A stretch of DNA of 64,000 nucleotides. Origin: the human T2T-CHM13v2.0 reference genome, Homo sapiens. The number at the start of each line of letters is the position of its first letter. The stretch's first letter is position 1. The stretch lies in the NCBI RefSeq assembly GCF_009914755.1, contig NC_060928.1; one strand, written 5' to 3'. The notes beneath the pieces were generated by a model. That model saw only the letters and a program-made list of their open reading frames with translations, was not told where the DNA came from and did no database searches. Both the position numbers and the translations under genes were made by a program. This document shows positions 1 to 13,516 of this stretch, one piece after another.

Positions 1-692
1 TGCCTGGAGGCTCCCCTCTCCAGATGGAAGGGGAAGGAGGCAATCACTTGTGAGCACCAGCTTGTTCAGGTCATGTTCACTTAGTAATGCAAAGACTTTG
101 CTTGGTTACTTTCATTAATTGGGTAGTATCAGAGAGTAGGGAGAATGCTCACTTTTTTGAAATCCACTAATTTGTTACACGTTTATTCGGAAACTGATTG
201 ATAGGAAATAAGGGCAATGGAATGGATCTTCCTCTACCCTAGTGCTTTTGTTTAGTCTTGTTCTCATGGCTTTCATAAAGCCTTCCTGGAAAACTTCCAG
301 TTACTACTTAAGATCTAAATCAAATGTCACCTCCTTTATGAAAGCTGTCCTGAATCCTTTCATGGAAAGGTTCTTCAAGCAGTCTGGGGATGATTATCAT
401 GCTTTGCTCACACGGCTGCCATTGGTCTCATCACCCTGTTCATTTAAACGACCATATCTGTTACCAGTTCTGAGCACCAGGAGGCCAAGGAACATCTCCA
501 TCATGCTTTATATCTCAGTGTCCAGCTTAAGTGCCTTATACCTAATTGGTATTTGATAACTGTTGAGATAATGAGCGAGGGAATACATGAAAAAAACAAA
601 AGACTTTCCAATCCAGCCACAGTTATCCAGTTAGCATTTGGACCTTCCTTCTGGGAACACTGTTCGATTATATATTTTTCATCTTCATTCAG

Positions 693-823
693 GCACTCTG
701 ATGGTTCTAAAACATCCCTACCCAAGAAAAGTGGAAGAACCCTCCATTTATGAATCTGTCCGGGTTCACACAGCAATGCAGACAGGAAGAACAGAAGATG
801 ACCTTGTGCCCACAGCACCTTCT
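693..823 (+). CDS. DAPP1: DAPP1 (Bam32) coding exon 4: end of SH2 domain and linker with the IYESV tyrosine site
   Basis: ttcattcag|GC ACT CTG ATG ... CCT TCT|gtaagt; translates (G)TLMVLKHPYPRKVEEPSIYESVRVHTAMQTGRTEDDLVPTAPS, matching recalled DAPP1; 131 bp. Confidence 0.97.
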
Positions 824-1015
824 GTAAGTGACCTTCAACGTGACCACAAGCTCTCTCCCTGTCTAAAATCAATCAAGTTCAATAAAAGTTAATAAGAGTG
901 TATTTGTTCACATAAAAATTCTAGCTTGGAATATAAAACTTGGAAAGGAATGTGAGATTTGAAGCCTATGACTCAGTTCATCTGGTCCTGGGTAGATCAT
1001 AAAAATTACAATGCA

Positions 1016-1311
1016 GCCAGACATGGTGGTTCATGCCTGTAATCCCAACATTTTGGGAGGCCAAGGTAAGAGAATTGCTTGAGCCCAGGAGTTGGAGACC
1101 AGCCTGGGCAACATAAACATCTCTACAACAAACTTTAAAAAATATTAGCTGGGCATGGTGGCATGCACCTGTAGTCCCAGCTACTCAGGAGGCTAAGGTG
1201 GAAGGATTACTTGAGTCAAGGAGGTTGAGGCTGCAGTGAGCTGTGATTGTGCCACTGCACTCCAGTCTGGGTTACAGAGTGAGACCTTGTCTCAAAACGA
1301 ACAAATGAAAG
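1016..1311 (+). mobile_element. Alu (old, AluJ-like)
   Basis: Dimeric Alu sequence; flanking caatgca direct repeat. Confidence 0.9.
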
Positions 1312-3539
1312 CAATGCAATAGTAATAGGATTTTAAATACTTCGAAAATGGAACTTAAATCTCTGTCCTTAGTTAACCAAACAACTTCAAAGTAGAATGG
1401 AAAAGAGAAGTTTGCATTCACATAGTTTTCTAAACTGTTTTCTCCTACAATTTTCTTATATTAAGAAAATATATTTTTTTAAATATTTCAACTATCTATG
1501 GAAGACAAATATTCTCCACCTTTACTATAAAAACTCAGGGTATTATTTTTTCTAGCTTTTTTTCCTTTACTGACTGAAGTTTACAGACAGAAAACACTTG
1601 TGCTTCTTTGCAACGTGAGCCATTGTTCAATTTCAGTGCAATTGGAGCACTCATTGTTTGTCCAAGAGTCCATTTATGTTTGTTCTGTGAACTGTGACTC
1701 TGCAGAGGTTCCTCTCCAACACCCTTTTCCCTTCATTATTCTGAAGGCCCTTCTATTTGTTGTCTCTTCCTTGTTTGCTGAATACTCCTGGTATAAGAAA
1801 CCTCTATTTGGGCAGATGATAAAGAAGATAATACCCAAATAAATATCAAGAACTAATTCTGGATAGTAATCATGACACTTGAAAAATAATCACTTGAAGA
1901 TATTCAGCTACAAATTATATTAAAATAAGTGTAACTTTCTATATCTGCAGTACTTTTCTCTACCCTTGACCAGAGAGATCTTTCTTAAAAAGAAGGCTTG
2001 CCACATGACCTCTGCTTTACATCCTTTGGTGATGCCTTTTGTGTTCATGGCCCACCTGGACCCTGCTTGCCTCTCTGTCTTCATCTCATGCTACTCCCAC
2101 ACTCACACTGTGAAACCTGTCTCTCTCAACATTGTGCTCTTTCTCCTCTCCCTACATCTGAAATGCTGCCAACACCATTGCTATCTACTCATCCCTCAAG
2201 ACTGGTATCACGGATCATTATCTTCCAGGAAGCCTTTCTTCACCCCCACTAGCTTCTTTTACAATGCTCCTCTTCTGTGCTCCAGAGCACCCTCTGTTTG
2301 CCTTTATTCTAAAATTACCATGCTGTGGGCTAATTACCTTCACATCTCTCTGCCCTCCCCACCAGCCAGAAACATCTAAGTACATGAATCATTGCTTGTC
2401 CTTGCAGCTTTACAGCCTAGCCTGGCTCATGGCACATCTTACATATTCATTGCAGTGCTACATCTCCTCAGAAATAAAAATCCTGAAAATTGACTGAGAA
2501 AGTTATTTTGGCTTTGTTAGAAGTGGGGGAGAAGGCATCAAGAACTCAGAACTTGAGAAATTTAGGAGTGCAAGACAATAAATAGTCCAAAGGCAGAAAA
2601 GACCAAAGAACAAATCAAGATCTACTCTGCAACCAATTCTTGTTTTCCAGTTGTCCAGTCCCTTCATAATTTCCTCTTTACCCACCCTTACCCTTAATAT
2701 AGATCACCAGTCACTTCAACATCTCTTTCATTTGCCCTGTTAGTTTAACTTCACATTCTCCTCTGCTACACTTCCCCTAAAGATCTCCACTCAAGGTCAA
2801 ACAAACCATGTCCTATTAAGCGTGTTCTTTATCGGCAATAAAATGCAGATAATACCTAATTTGTGAGATTGGTGTGAGCAGAAGATATAGTATCCTTATG
2901 CAGAAATAAACCTCTTTAAAGCACATTCTGGAAACCTTGTTACTTACCTTCTTTTCTCACTCCAGCTATCAGATGGATTCACCTCTTTTAAAATGGAGTT
3001 TTTAAAATAGTGGTGAGTGATTGGTTGACAATGACTTGAACTCACACTATATAATGACAAGCTTATGAAGTTGATTGTACATCACTATGGACAAAAAAAA
3101 TGTAAAGGTTTCCTAGAGGATCTGAAATGTTTCTCATTACTTCTCATTGGGGAATCATTGGTGACTGGACCAGTATAGCTGCTGGGGAAAGAGTTCTGGT
3201 CTGATCAGAATGCTCTTGTCCCTTATTGAACACAAGTTCTAAGCCTTCATTTGCTACCCCAAATGGCTACATGATGCTGCACCTCCATCTCCAGCCTGAG
3301 AGCCCTGAGGGTTTTCAAACTTCTGCATTTTCTTTTTGGGGTGTAGTTCTTGCTCAAGGTCTAGCAGTGGAGGAAGAGAATTAAAAGAACTTCTTGTTTG
3401 AAGCGAAAGTGAAAGATGCCCCACTGCCCAGAAATGCAGATGACTGTGTATAACTGTTTAACATCTTTTAGTAACTGCATTTGGGGAAATTGCTATTTAT
3501 GTCTTATAAACAACATAGCATTGAGTTCCCATGATAGGA

Positions 3540-4020
3540 TTAAATTTAATTAATTCATTTATTAAACAAACTTTTTTTTTTTAAAGTGCTTCCAATACAC
3601 TCAGAACTGTTTTAAGCACTGGGAGTTTGGCAGTAATTTTGAAAAAGGTCCTCCTCCCCTCACTGAGCTCACATTCTAGTGAAGATCACAGACAATAATC
3701 AATGCAGTAATCTGATACCAGACAGTAATACATCATGAAAAGAAAAAGTAGGATAAGGGGAGAAGAGGGAAGCAAGGGAGGCCTCTGTGAGGAGGAACCA
3801 TTAGTAAGAGATTTCACTGAAGGGAAGGAGTGACTCATGTCAAGATGTGGAAAGAGTGCTGCAGGCAGAGGAAACAGTACAAAGGCCCTGGAGTGGAAAC
3901 AAAATTGAGGTGCTTCAAAGGCTAGGAAGGTCAGAATTACGGGATGAAGTGAGCTAGAGGAAAAGTTGTAGAAGGTGAGATTATTGAGGTAATGAGGGGT
4001 CAGATCACATAAGGCAATGG
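3540..4020 (-). mobile_element. L2 LINE fragment (approximate limits)
   Basis: tcatttattaaacaaac..., gagctcacattctag, ggcagaggaaacag...aaaggccctggag resemble the L2 3' region. Confidence 0.6.
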
Positions 4021-4113
4021 AGTTTTCAAAGAGCAGCACCTCCCAGCTGAGCATTTAGAAATATGAGTGTTTCTGTTGGTGCATTGCTTTGCGGCACTAC
4101 TATCATGCGTGAG

Positions 4114-4563
4114 TGTCAAGAGCCATGAAGAGTCTGACTTTACTCTGCTTGCAAGCTAACAAGTTAGCCTGCTGCAGTTTCATGTATGCTGATGGATGAC
4201 ACAAGACTTCTGGGTAAGCGTTGAAAAATAGTTTGCTATTCACAGGAAGAGCAACAGCCAGGATATCAGTATTTATGCTAATTCCCTGTGCTGAGCCGAA
4301 GTTCCCAAAGGGCAATATTGAAAGGGCCAGGTGATATCCACAATGGGTTGCCCTACAGGAGAGGAACCCTGAGCCTTGGGAACCCAAATCTTTTCTAATG
4401 ATCAGTAGACATGTCTTTTGTTCTGAAGGGAAATATTTCTTTATTCCAAGGCTGCTTGTATAAGCATACTTTAAATATCAGTCTGCAGCAAAGAACTGTT
4501 AATGCCTTGCTCATAAGACATTTGGAACCTTGACAAGAGACCCGTGGAGATTATTTCCCAACA
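4114..4563 (-). mobile_element. ERVL-class solo LTR (LTR40-like)
   Basis: Minus strand begins TGTTGGGAAATAATCTCCA and ends ...GCTAACTTGTTAGCTTGCAAG...CTTGACA; near-perfect 5-bp TSD gtgag/gtgat. Confidence 0.75.
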
Positions 4564-5171
4564 GTGATCAGGGGCTAACTATTCTTCAAAGAGTGGTAGA
4601 GAATTATCTTGCCCAAAATCTCAGTAGTACCTTTTGTACATAACATGAGAATTCTTTACCTTCTGAGCTTGTTTAAAAAAATTCTTGCAGATGGATTGAA
4701 TGTGATACACGAAAGAAAGAGTAGCAGAGTCATGGCAGAGAAGCCCTGCTATTTACTGAGAAGGCTAACTCTGCAGGAGGGGTGGGTTGAGGGGATGAGA
4801 AAGAAGAGCTCTATTTTGGACATGTTAAATGAGAAATACCAATTAGTTGTCTTGGTAGAGATTGAGATTAATATAGTTCAAGTTCCTGACATAATAGGTC
4901 CTATCTAAAATGTTAGTTTCCTTAGCTTCCCTTTTGTGGTATTTGACGTTTTTAACAACTCCCTCCTTCTAAAAATTCTGTTTCCTTAGCTTTGGCAACA
5001 TCTTTCTGTCTTTATTCCGTAATCTTTGACACATTTTATAGTTCCTCTTCTTGGATACTTTCCTTGCACGTTGCCCTTTTCCAGTATTTTGTTTTTGAAA
5101 CTCTTCTCAGGTTTAACATTTTGTTGCTTATCCTTTCAGTCTTTTACTTGAAAAAAAAAAGTATATGTATG

Positions 5172-5177
<6 letters not shown>

Positions 5178-5211
<34 letters not shown>
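5178..5211. repeat. (CA)n microsatellite
   Basis: Visible CA run. Confidence 0.95.
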
Positions 5212-5213
<2 letters not shown>

Positions 5214-5389
5214 AAATAATGAGCTCTTCATTGTAGAGTTGTAATATTCTTGTTTAATTAACTATATATTTAAAATTTTTTTCATGTAATTACTTAGTTT
5301 TCTGGAACACCATTAAACAAATTCCATAATATTCCATTATTTGAGTATATCAATTTATTCAGTTAATCCACTATTATGTTTTAACATGC

Positions 5390-7480
5390 TTTTTTATTTG
5401 AAATAATGTCAAAGTTACAGAATAATTGCTAGAATAGTACACAGAACTTGGTTTTCCCCAAGTCGTTTGATAGTAAATTGCCTACATGATGCCCCATCAC
5501 CCTGAATATTTCAGTGTGTATTTCCAAAAATAAGGGCATTTGCCTGCGTGACCAGATAGAGCCTTCCAAACTAGAAAATTAACATTGAGGCTGTGCCACT
5601 GTTTCATCCACAGATCTCATTCAAGCTTCACTAGTTTTCTCAGTAAGTTCCGTCAGAGTAAAAGATCCAGTCCTCAAGCACAAGTTGCACTTATCTGTCC
5701 TGTCTCTGGAAGATTCTTCACTTTGGAACACTTCCTCAGTTTTTCCTTAATTTCGTGACTTTGACACATCTGAAATTAAAGACCAGTTATTTTGTAAATA
5801 GTTTCCCAACTTTGGTTTATATGATATTGAATCATGATTAGATACAGGTTTTTTCATGTTGGCTACAAATACCACAAAAGTGATGCTTTGTTTGTGCTTC
5901 TCACTGTGTCTTCTCAGATGGAACACAATTGCAATCTGTCTCATAATGGTGTGTTTGATTACTTAAGTGGTGTCTGCCAGGTTTCTTCACTCTAAAGTCA
6001 CCATATTCCCTTTGTTATTAAAAAATGTTTGGGGTGAGGTTATTTGAGACTATAAGAATATTCTGTTACTTATTAAATTTTTACTTGCCAATTTTAGCAT
6101 TTACTGATGTGTCTTGGCTGTTTTAATCATTACTATGATTGTTACCAAACGATGACTCTCTGATTTTCTTATTCCTTTTTACATTCATTGGTTGTCATTC
6201 TACTGTAAGGAAAAGCTTTTTATTCTTCAAAATTTTCAATCATTTTTATATCAAATGGTTATAATCATGACTATCATTATTTATTTTGATCCTTCAAAAT
6301 TTCCCTGATTTGGCCAGTCGGGGAAAGAGCCCTTTCAAGTGGTGTCTGTGTTCATATGACCTCAAAAAAAATTTTTTTTTTTTGGAGACAGTGTGTCACT
6401 CCGTCACTCTGTCTCCCAAGCTGGAGTGCAGTGGTGTGATCACGGCTCATGAAGCCTCGACCTCCTGGGTTCAGGTGACTCTCCCTCCTCAGCCTCCTGA
6501 GTAGCAGGGACTACAGGTGTGTACCACCACTCCTGGCTAATATTTGTATTTTCATTTTTTTATTTTTTTTTGTAGAGTCAAGGTTTCACCATTTTAACCA
6601 GGCTGGTATCGAACTCCTGGGTGCAAGCAATGCTCATGCTTCAGCCTCCCAAAGTGCTGGGATTATAGTTGTGAGCCTCCGTGCCTGGCCTGGCCTCAAA
6701 ATTCTTTTAAGAACTTTCTTACTTTCTGAATAGCAAGATGATCCAGACTTATCTTGTTCTTTCTTTGTACCCAGCTCTAGAACCAGCTATTTCTCCAAGA
6801 AACTCTGCTCTTTTTCCACAGAATAGTACTCTAGAAATCGACATCTAGGTACTATGTGCTTATTGTTATCAGGATGTCACTCTCCCAGCCCACTCAGTGA
6901 GCAGAGCTGGGAAAATATGTATGTATATACATATGTACACATATATACTTTTACATCTGTATTTATCTGTCGATTCATTCATCGATCCATGAGTTCACAA
7001 CAATGCTTCCAATACCACAAAGTTCATTCTAGTGTTTTCCCTTCTCCCACAGTGAGAAAATATGGATCTTATCATCCTCAGTACACTTATGTGGTGATCA
7101 ATTGAATATAAGCAATCTCCCATTGCTGTTTCTACTACTCAACCCTTACCCCGACACTCCAACCACCCAGTCATGCTTCAATGCTCAGTTCCAGGCCACT
7201 GCTGCTCCCACCCTCACTACAGATGTCCACCTAGCCCAACTTGGCTCTGAAACTGTGCAGTAGCTGCCACCTCCACCCCTTCAGGCAGAAGCCCTCCACA
7301 CCCTGCCAGGCTTCAATGCCTCGCACACAGCTGCTGCTGCCACTGTCACTGCCAGTGTCCACACAGAGGCTCCCTGTGCCCTACTTGGGCTCCACCACCC
7401 TGTACTAAGGTGCTTGAAAGCCCTCCACACACACATCAATGCCTGCCTTGCTTCACCTGAACTGTGTTGGCTACTGACTT
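5390..7480 (-). mobile_element. Old L1 (L1MC/ME-like) fragment interrupted by an Alu
   Basis: L1 3'-end-like text (aagttacagaataattgctagaatagtac, ttcttcactctaaagtcaccatattccctttg); limits approximate. Confidence 0.55.
6372..6690 (-). mobile_element. Alu (AluJ-like), antisense
   Basis: Poly-T followed by reverse-complement Alu ending gtgcctggcc. Confidence 0.9.
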
Positions 7481-9052
7481 CATTTAAGGCTGGCAGGCAA
7501 GTAGGTAGTAGGATGGCAGGAAGGACAGTCCTTTGTTTTTGAACATTTAGATGGTACCCCAATGGGGGCTCTTATAAACAGCTTTTCTGTTACAGTTCAT
7601 AGATTTTTAAAGATAAATGTGCTCTATAATTATTTACTTTCTTACATCTGGAGACCCTGAATAAAATTAATAGTCTCATTGCTTTCCCATGCAGCCTTTG
7701 GCTTACCTATCAAAACCTTAGAAGAATACTACACTTATAGTACATTGTTTGGGTGGGGGTAAGATGGGATTATTCCCTAGCTTGATTTTAGTAAATAATT
7801 CTATCAGGATCTTTTATACAACAATTTACTCCTAGTTATTTTGCCTCTACAGATTTTAACCTGCAACAGCCCAAAATAATTACTTTTTGCCATTCCTATA
7901 ACACCTGAATTCAACTGAGTCAATTCAATTTATTTAATGTTAAAATAAATCACACCAATTATGAGATATCAAATTCACCAATATTGATTAATATTATTTA
8001 AGTGAACATTTGGTTAGTTTATCCTTACTTTTATATCATAAGATTTTAAAAGAAGTGTTTGCTTATTTCCTGCTTTAACTCTTTTTATTGTGGTAGAGAT
8101 GGTTGTTCCTCTTTTTATTTGGTTGGGAAAATTCACCTTGGAAAAAAATATTCTGGAAATTACCATAGAAAGAACCTTGGTGTCAACCAAATCACTTCCC
8201 AATTTTTGTTAATTTTGTTTCTTACTAAGACATATGATGACATCACATTTGAACAAAATATTCTACCACGAATTGAATTTCTTGTGGAATTTATGAAATG
8301 ATAAATTTCTTGATGTTAAGCTACTTGTCTTATGCAAATTTCTGTTCACACAATTCTCCAACCTTATATTTCGTAGGTGTTAGCTAAGTGTGTGCTATTA
8401 TTTTTACGTTTGAATTAATGACAACATGAGTTAAAAGAACTGGCTCATTCTTATTTCAGATTCATTTTGGGTAAATCAGGTGTAAATAAATCTACGCTCC
8501 TGACAGTCTGTTTTTTGGAACATGGATCTCAAGAGAGTGTGGGGGTGGGGAGGAGGATTATGTGATAAAATAAATAGTAAAAATGCTATTTCTAAGGTTC
8601 CCTCTTAAAAATTTACAAAGTATATTAGCATAATACAGACTCTGGGAAGCCCTGAAGTAAAAACATCCTTTTAGTTTTCTTAATCCAGTCTCCCAAACGT
8701 ATTGACAGTAGATGTGTGCGTGTTTATGTGCTAATAACCCTGTAACAATCCAAACAGCTGGATTTCACATGACACACCTTGACAAACACAGACTTTTATA
8801 AGTGAAATGATGTCGTTTATTGTTTGCAAATTGCTAACTGGAGTTAGGAGCTACAGAATGATGCCAGTAGATCCAGTCTGAAAACAATCTCTCACAACAC
8901 ATGGAAGCTTTTCAAGTGCCTAGGTGAAAAATGATAGACAGTAATTTAAAGATCAAAAGCAAACATTCTTCATTTAAAAATAGGACATGAAAGGAAGGAC
9001 AAACGTCCTGTTGTGACAGTTCTGGTCTTCACTCAGTGCTTTTCTTTTTCAG

Positions 9053-9100
9053 CTGGGCACCAAAGAAGGTTACCTCACCAAACAGGGAGGCCTGGTCAAG
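9053..9100 (+). CDS. DAPP1: DAPP1 exon 5, start of PH domain
   Basis: ttttctttttcag|CTG GGC ACC AAA GAA GGT TAC ... GTC AAG|gtaagg; LGTKEGYLTKQGGLVK; 48 bp, phase 0/0. Confidence 0.97.
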
Positions 9101-10201
9101 GTAAGGAAGTGTGGTTTTGCTCATGCCAGCCACAGAAAAAAGAGAACACGTCATGTAGACTCAATTCTCATCTTGATAGTTTTTCTTGGAAGCATAATTG
9201 CCTGCTCATTTTAACCCATTTGTAATATTCACCTGACTCAAGAGTTCATTTTTATGGCTCATTAGTCAAAATTCTGGAAAATGACTTGACTGTTCTTTGA
9301 CAAAGCCCTGCATAGGTGTAGCCTGCAGTTAAAAGTCAATAAAACATAGTCCTCATAATGGAATGATTGAGGATGAAGATAGCAAGTTTACTCTAGAACA
9401 TCTTTCGTTCTTCTTCTAAAACAAGGAAGAAGTCAAAATTGTATAAAATGTTTCTTTAAGGATAGGCCAAAAACATCACTGATGCTACTGAAACTATGTT
9501 ATAAAATCCAAAGAAAAACACAATTTAAGCTCTTACAAGTTCAGAGTATCCAAATGTTCCCCATTTATGAGACTGTATCTTTAGAATTCCTTTGTTTCAT
9601 CTCAATGTGCCAAGAAGACCTTCATAGAATGTGTCTGCTCCTTCTCGTTTTAAGAGTCACGGTATTTAACCTCTCACAGACACTGGCATGCTTGGAATTA
9701 GCCTAAATAATTTCATTATTTGTGTCCCTTCTAGATCGAATGCTCCCTGAGGACAGAGAGTATTCATATTCATAGCATATTTATGTTTAAATCCTCTGTT
9801 ACTTCTTTTAACTGGGCACATTGACACCCAGGATAGAGTAGGATGCTGTTTGTATATAAGAAGGTAACAGCGGGCAATGATGGTTTTTACCACTGATACC
9901 TTGGAGTTCTTAGGCAAGGTTTAGAATATCATGTGAGTCAGGGTTCCTAAACCTCAGTTTTGTTGTTTGTAAGACAAGAATAATAATACTGGCATTGTTG
10001 TGTGAGGATTGGATATAATATATAAAGCCTCCAATGATAGTATATCGTCCATATTAGGTACTCAAAGAACAATATTTATCTTTATTATAGAGTTAATAAA
10101 ATGGAAATTGTAGTGGTTTGTTATAAGTCACATTGAATATTTATGATAGACTAATTCTTTTTGTATTTAAAAATATACTAATGATATATCTGCCTTCATT
10201 A

Positions 10202-10362
10202 TGAGCTTAATGCATGAAATTATTTTAATTTTTATAGATATTTTGAAACTTTTTTCTCAGAAATGACACAAAAGAATTTTTTGAGCTTAATGCATGAAAT
10301 TATTTTAATTTTTATAGATATTTTGAAACTTTTTTCTCAGAAATGACACAAAAGAATTTTTT
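10202..10362. repeat. Perfect 80-bp tandem duplication in DAPP1 intron 5
   Basis: tgagcttaatgcatg...aaagaattttt occurs twice head-to-tail with no mismatch. Confidence 0.95.
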
Positions 10363-10489
10363 CAGGGTTATAGTATTTAATTTTTTAGATACTTTTAAAA
10401 TGAAAGTAAATCATCTGGTTCAAATATTACATTCCTGTATTCAAAACTTTGTGTGTCTGTGTGTTTGTGTGTGTGTGTGTTTTTCTCAG

Positions 10490-10552
10490 ACCTGGAAAAC
10501 AAGATGGTTTACTCTGCACAGGAATGAACTGAAATACTTCAAAGACCAGATG
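10490..10552 (+). CDS. DAPP1: DAPP1 exon 6, PH domain
   Basis: ttttctcag|ACC TGG AAA ACA AGA TGG ... CAG ATG|gtgaga; TWKTRWFTLHRNELKYFKDQM; 63 bp. Confidence 0.97.
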
Positions 10553-11249
10553 GTGAGAAACATGATAATATATTTTTCCTTTAAAAATCAATTCTCTAGA
10601 TGAAAGAAACTTAGGTCTTTAAAATCTCTGAAATTATTTTTATATCCACCTGAAATACCTAATAAATGATTGGAGATATGAATTCTTGATTCCTGAAATG
10701 AGCAGAGTTATTTTGCAAAGATGAGATGTATGTCCCAGAAATTGCTTTCTTGGATTGGCTAAACCATAGTTCCCCAGGGCACGTAATTCCCTCTGTTTAG
10801 GACAATGTAATTATTCTCTTGCCACAATTTATTAACTGTCTCTTTGCAGCAATTTGTCCCTTTATTAAAAATACAGTTTCTCCATTTCCCATGCCCATTT
10901 CATTAAGCCAATTTAAAATTATTTTTTCTCACTTTTCTTATATAACATTTCTAAGAAAGTAGAAGTTTTAAAAAATGAGAGAAAAATATACCTCTCTTCC
11001 ATGTGTTAAAATCCATCTTCATCAGTAAGTTGATAAAGGTAGTAACTTAATGCCCAGTTTTATGAAAGGCTCATTCCAAAACCAAGGACTTCCCTTGGTA
11101 GGGCTTTTCTATTGTCAGTCCTGTTAGTGAAAGGAAATATGACAATTGCACATAGTGGAAAACTTGTGAGGGGAATAAGTGAGGGACAGATTTGTCTGTT
11201 TTTTTTTTTTTTTTTAATGGTGACATACGTTGCTTTTTATTTTATTTAG

Positions 11250-11335
11250 TCACCAGAACCAATTCGGATCCTAGACCTAACAGAATGTTCAGCTGTACAA
11301 TTCGATTATTCACAAGAAAGGGTAAACTGTTTTTG
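11250..11335 (+). CDS. DAPP1: DAPP1 exon 7, PH domain
   Basis: ttatttag|TCA CCA GAA ... TTT TG|gtaagt; SPEPIRILDLTECSAVQFDYSQERVNCF(C); 86 bp. Confidence 0.97.
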
Positions 11336-13377
11336 GTAAGTTGTTTTATAAAGAAAACGTTTTTTAATGTCTTCTTGCCAGACACTTATTTTGGCTAAGG
11401 AATAGAAAGCTGTATATCTTAATGTCTACAAAGATCAGATATGAGGGGCATGCCTGCATGTAAGGAGTGTTTTCAGCTGAGTGTGACATAACACCTCATT
11501 TAAAGTAGCTTAAACAAACAGGCAGGTCAGCTCAGCTTATGTTGCGTACTGGAGAAGTATGACTCACATAGAGGATGCCATTCACATCTTAGACAATTTA
11601 ATTTCTTTGAGGCTTTCTCCCTCATTTTATTTATAACTTTGTTGACTCTAATGATAGGTGATTTGTATTGTTATGACAATTTCTGGCAAATGGCACAAAA
11701 ATATTTTGTTCTAACATAATCAGTATGTTATAAAAATGTTCTAACTGGGAGAAGAGTCTTGAGAAAGGAATGTCTTATTTCCCACTACCTTTTATTTTAA
11801 AGTTTTTCAAGCATACACAAGTTGAAAGACATACGTTTACATACCCTCCATAGCAGTTATTAATATATCTTACCATATTTGCTTTATCCTAGTCTATCCA
11901 CTTTTTTTTTTTCCTGAACCAATTGAAAGTAAGTTGCAGACATCATGGCACTTTATTCCTAAAGACTTTAGTATGTGTCTCTTAAGAATAAAATATCACA
12001 TATAGGACTACAGTATCATTATTACAACTGAAGAAATTAATGTTAATTCTATAATATCAACTGAGAATGGGTGTCTTTTTAAAATTTGCATAGACATGCC
12101 CTGTGAGCTAGCAGAGCTTTATTTTTCTCATATATCCAAAAATCAGGAGGCAAGCAGCTATGGTGACAAGGTCAGGTCCAGGGTCTCTACTGTTCTCCTG
12201 GCCTTTTCTCATGCTGGCTACTTCAGGATTTGAGTGTCTACTACACCTGTAGGTCTCATATTTTCAACAAAGTACAAAGAAAGATGTAGGGATGATATTA
12301 CCCGTGTCTGTCCCTTTTTATCAGGAAAACCAATGTTTCTCCAGAAACTCCCCTATGAGACCGGGTGCCATGGCCATCCCCAGCAGCTGATCATAATTGG
12401 CTTAAACAAATTAGGATTTATTGCTTGGGGTTCTGTTAGCAAAAGAAAGGGATAATTATCTGTATTAATAGACAGTTAATAATGTCTCCCATAGGGAGTA
12501 CCAAACAATGACAATGACAGAAACCAGTTTTCGAGTATATGCACTGTATCACTCCCTCCCCACCACTGTCCACTCACTCTCCACTAGACCTCACATCCAG
12601 GTATTAGCTTCTATGCACAGAGACTTACCTCTTACCTATTCAACTTTAATTGCTGGTATCAACAAAATACACTGCTTAGGCTTTAAGATATAGAAACCCT
12701 TCTGAAGGCTTTTTCACAAAAAGAAAAAAGATTTTTGGTATTTTTGCATCTCAACTGTAAGTAAGGAAGTATGTTCAGTATGTAATTTAGGGCTGACCTT
12801 ATTGCTTACATAATTTTAACTAGGTAATCAGACACAGTCAAATGAAAAATTACTATACATTTAGGAAAAGTATTTTGTGCCAGTAGGAAAGTTCTTATTC
12901 CCTGCAGCAGAGACTGACTCTTGGCCAGAGATGGGAGAAATAACTAATTTAGTTTTATTGTCTCTTTTTATTGTCCCAATAGTTGAAATTGCCCACAACC
13001 ACAGAAGGCAGAGTTATCCTCGTTGAAGCAAGCTAACACAAATGAGTTCTTTTTAGCAAACTTCTCTGTCTTGCCTATTCTTTGGATCATAGCACAAGTT
13101 TTTGAGAGATCAGCTGAATGAATACATAAGTGTTAGAGTTAACCTAAGACATGAACCACAAAAGGATCTAGGGGTGTCCTGAACATGTTTCTTTCTTCTT
13201 CAAAGTCTTATTCGAGTATATACATCTGACTTGGAATAATAATATGAATCTACAACTTCCTTAACATTTCTGCAGTTTGCTGGCAGGAGTAGGTGCATAT
13301 ATACCAGCACTTCAAGGTACTTACCTGCATCCTTTATCAATTCTTTTTTCCCTTGCAATACTCTAATTAGTGTTCAA

Positions 13378-13379
<2 letters not shown>

Positions 13380-13416
<37 letters not shown>

Positions 13417-13438
13417 TAATATATTATATATTATATTA

Positions 13439-13471
<33 letters not shown>
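13380..13471. repeat. Interrupted (TA)n tract
   Basis: ~90 bp of TA repeats. Confidence 0.95.
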
Positions 13472-13516
13472 GCTAATGATCTGCAATATCTTATGTTCTT
13501 TCTTTTGTCCTATTAG

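Noticed and set aside
13276-13316. Possible 41-nt cryptic exon in DAPP1 intron 7 (tttctgcag| ... caag|gtactt)
   Set aside because: The donor is mediocre, the exon frameshifts, and such site pairs are frequent by chance; there is no other support.
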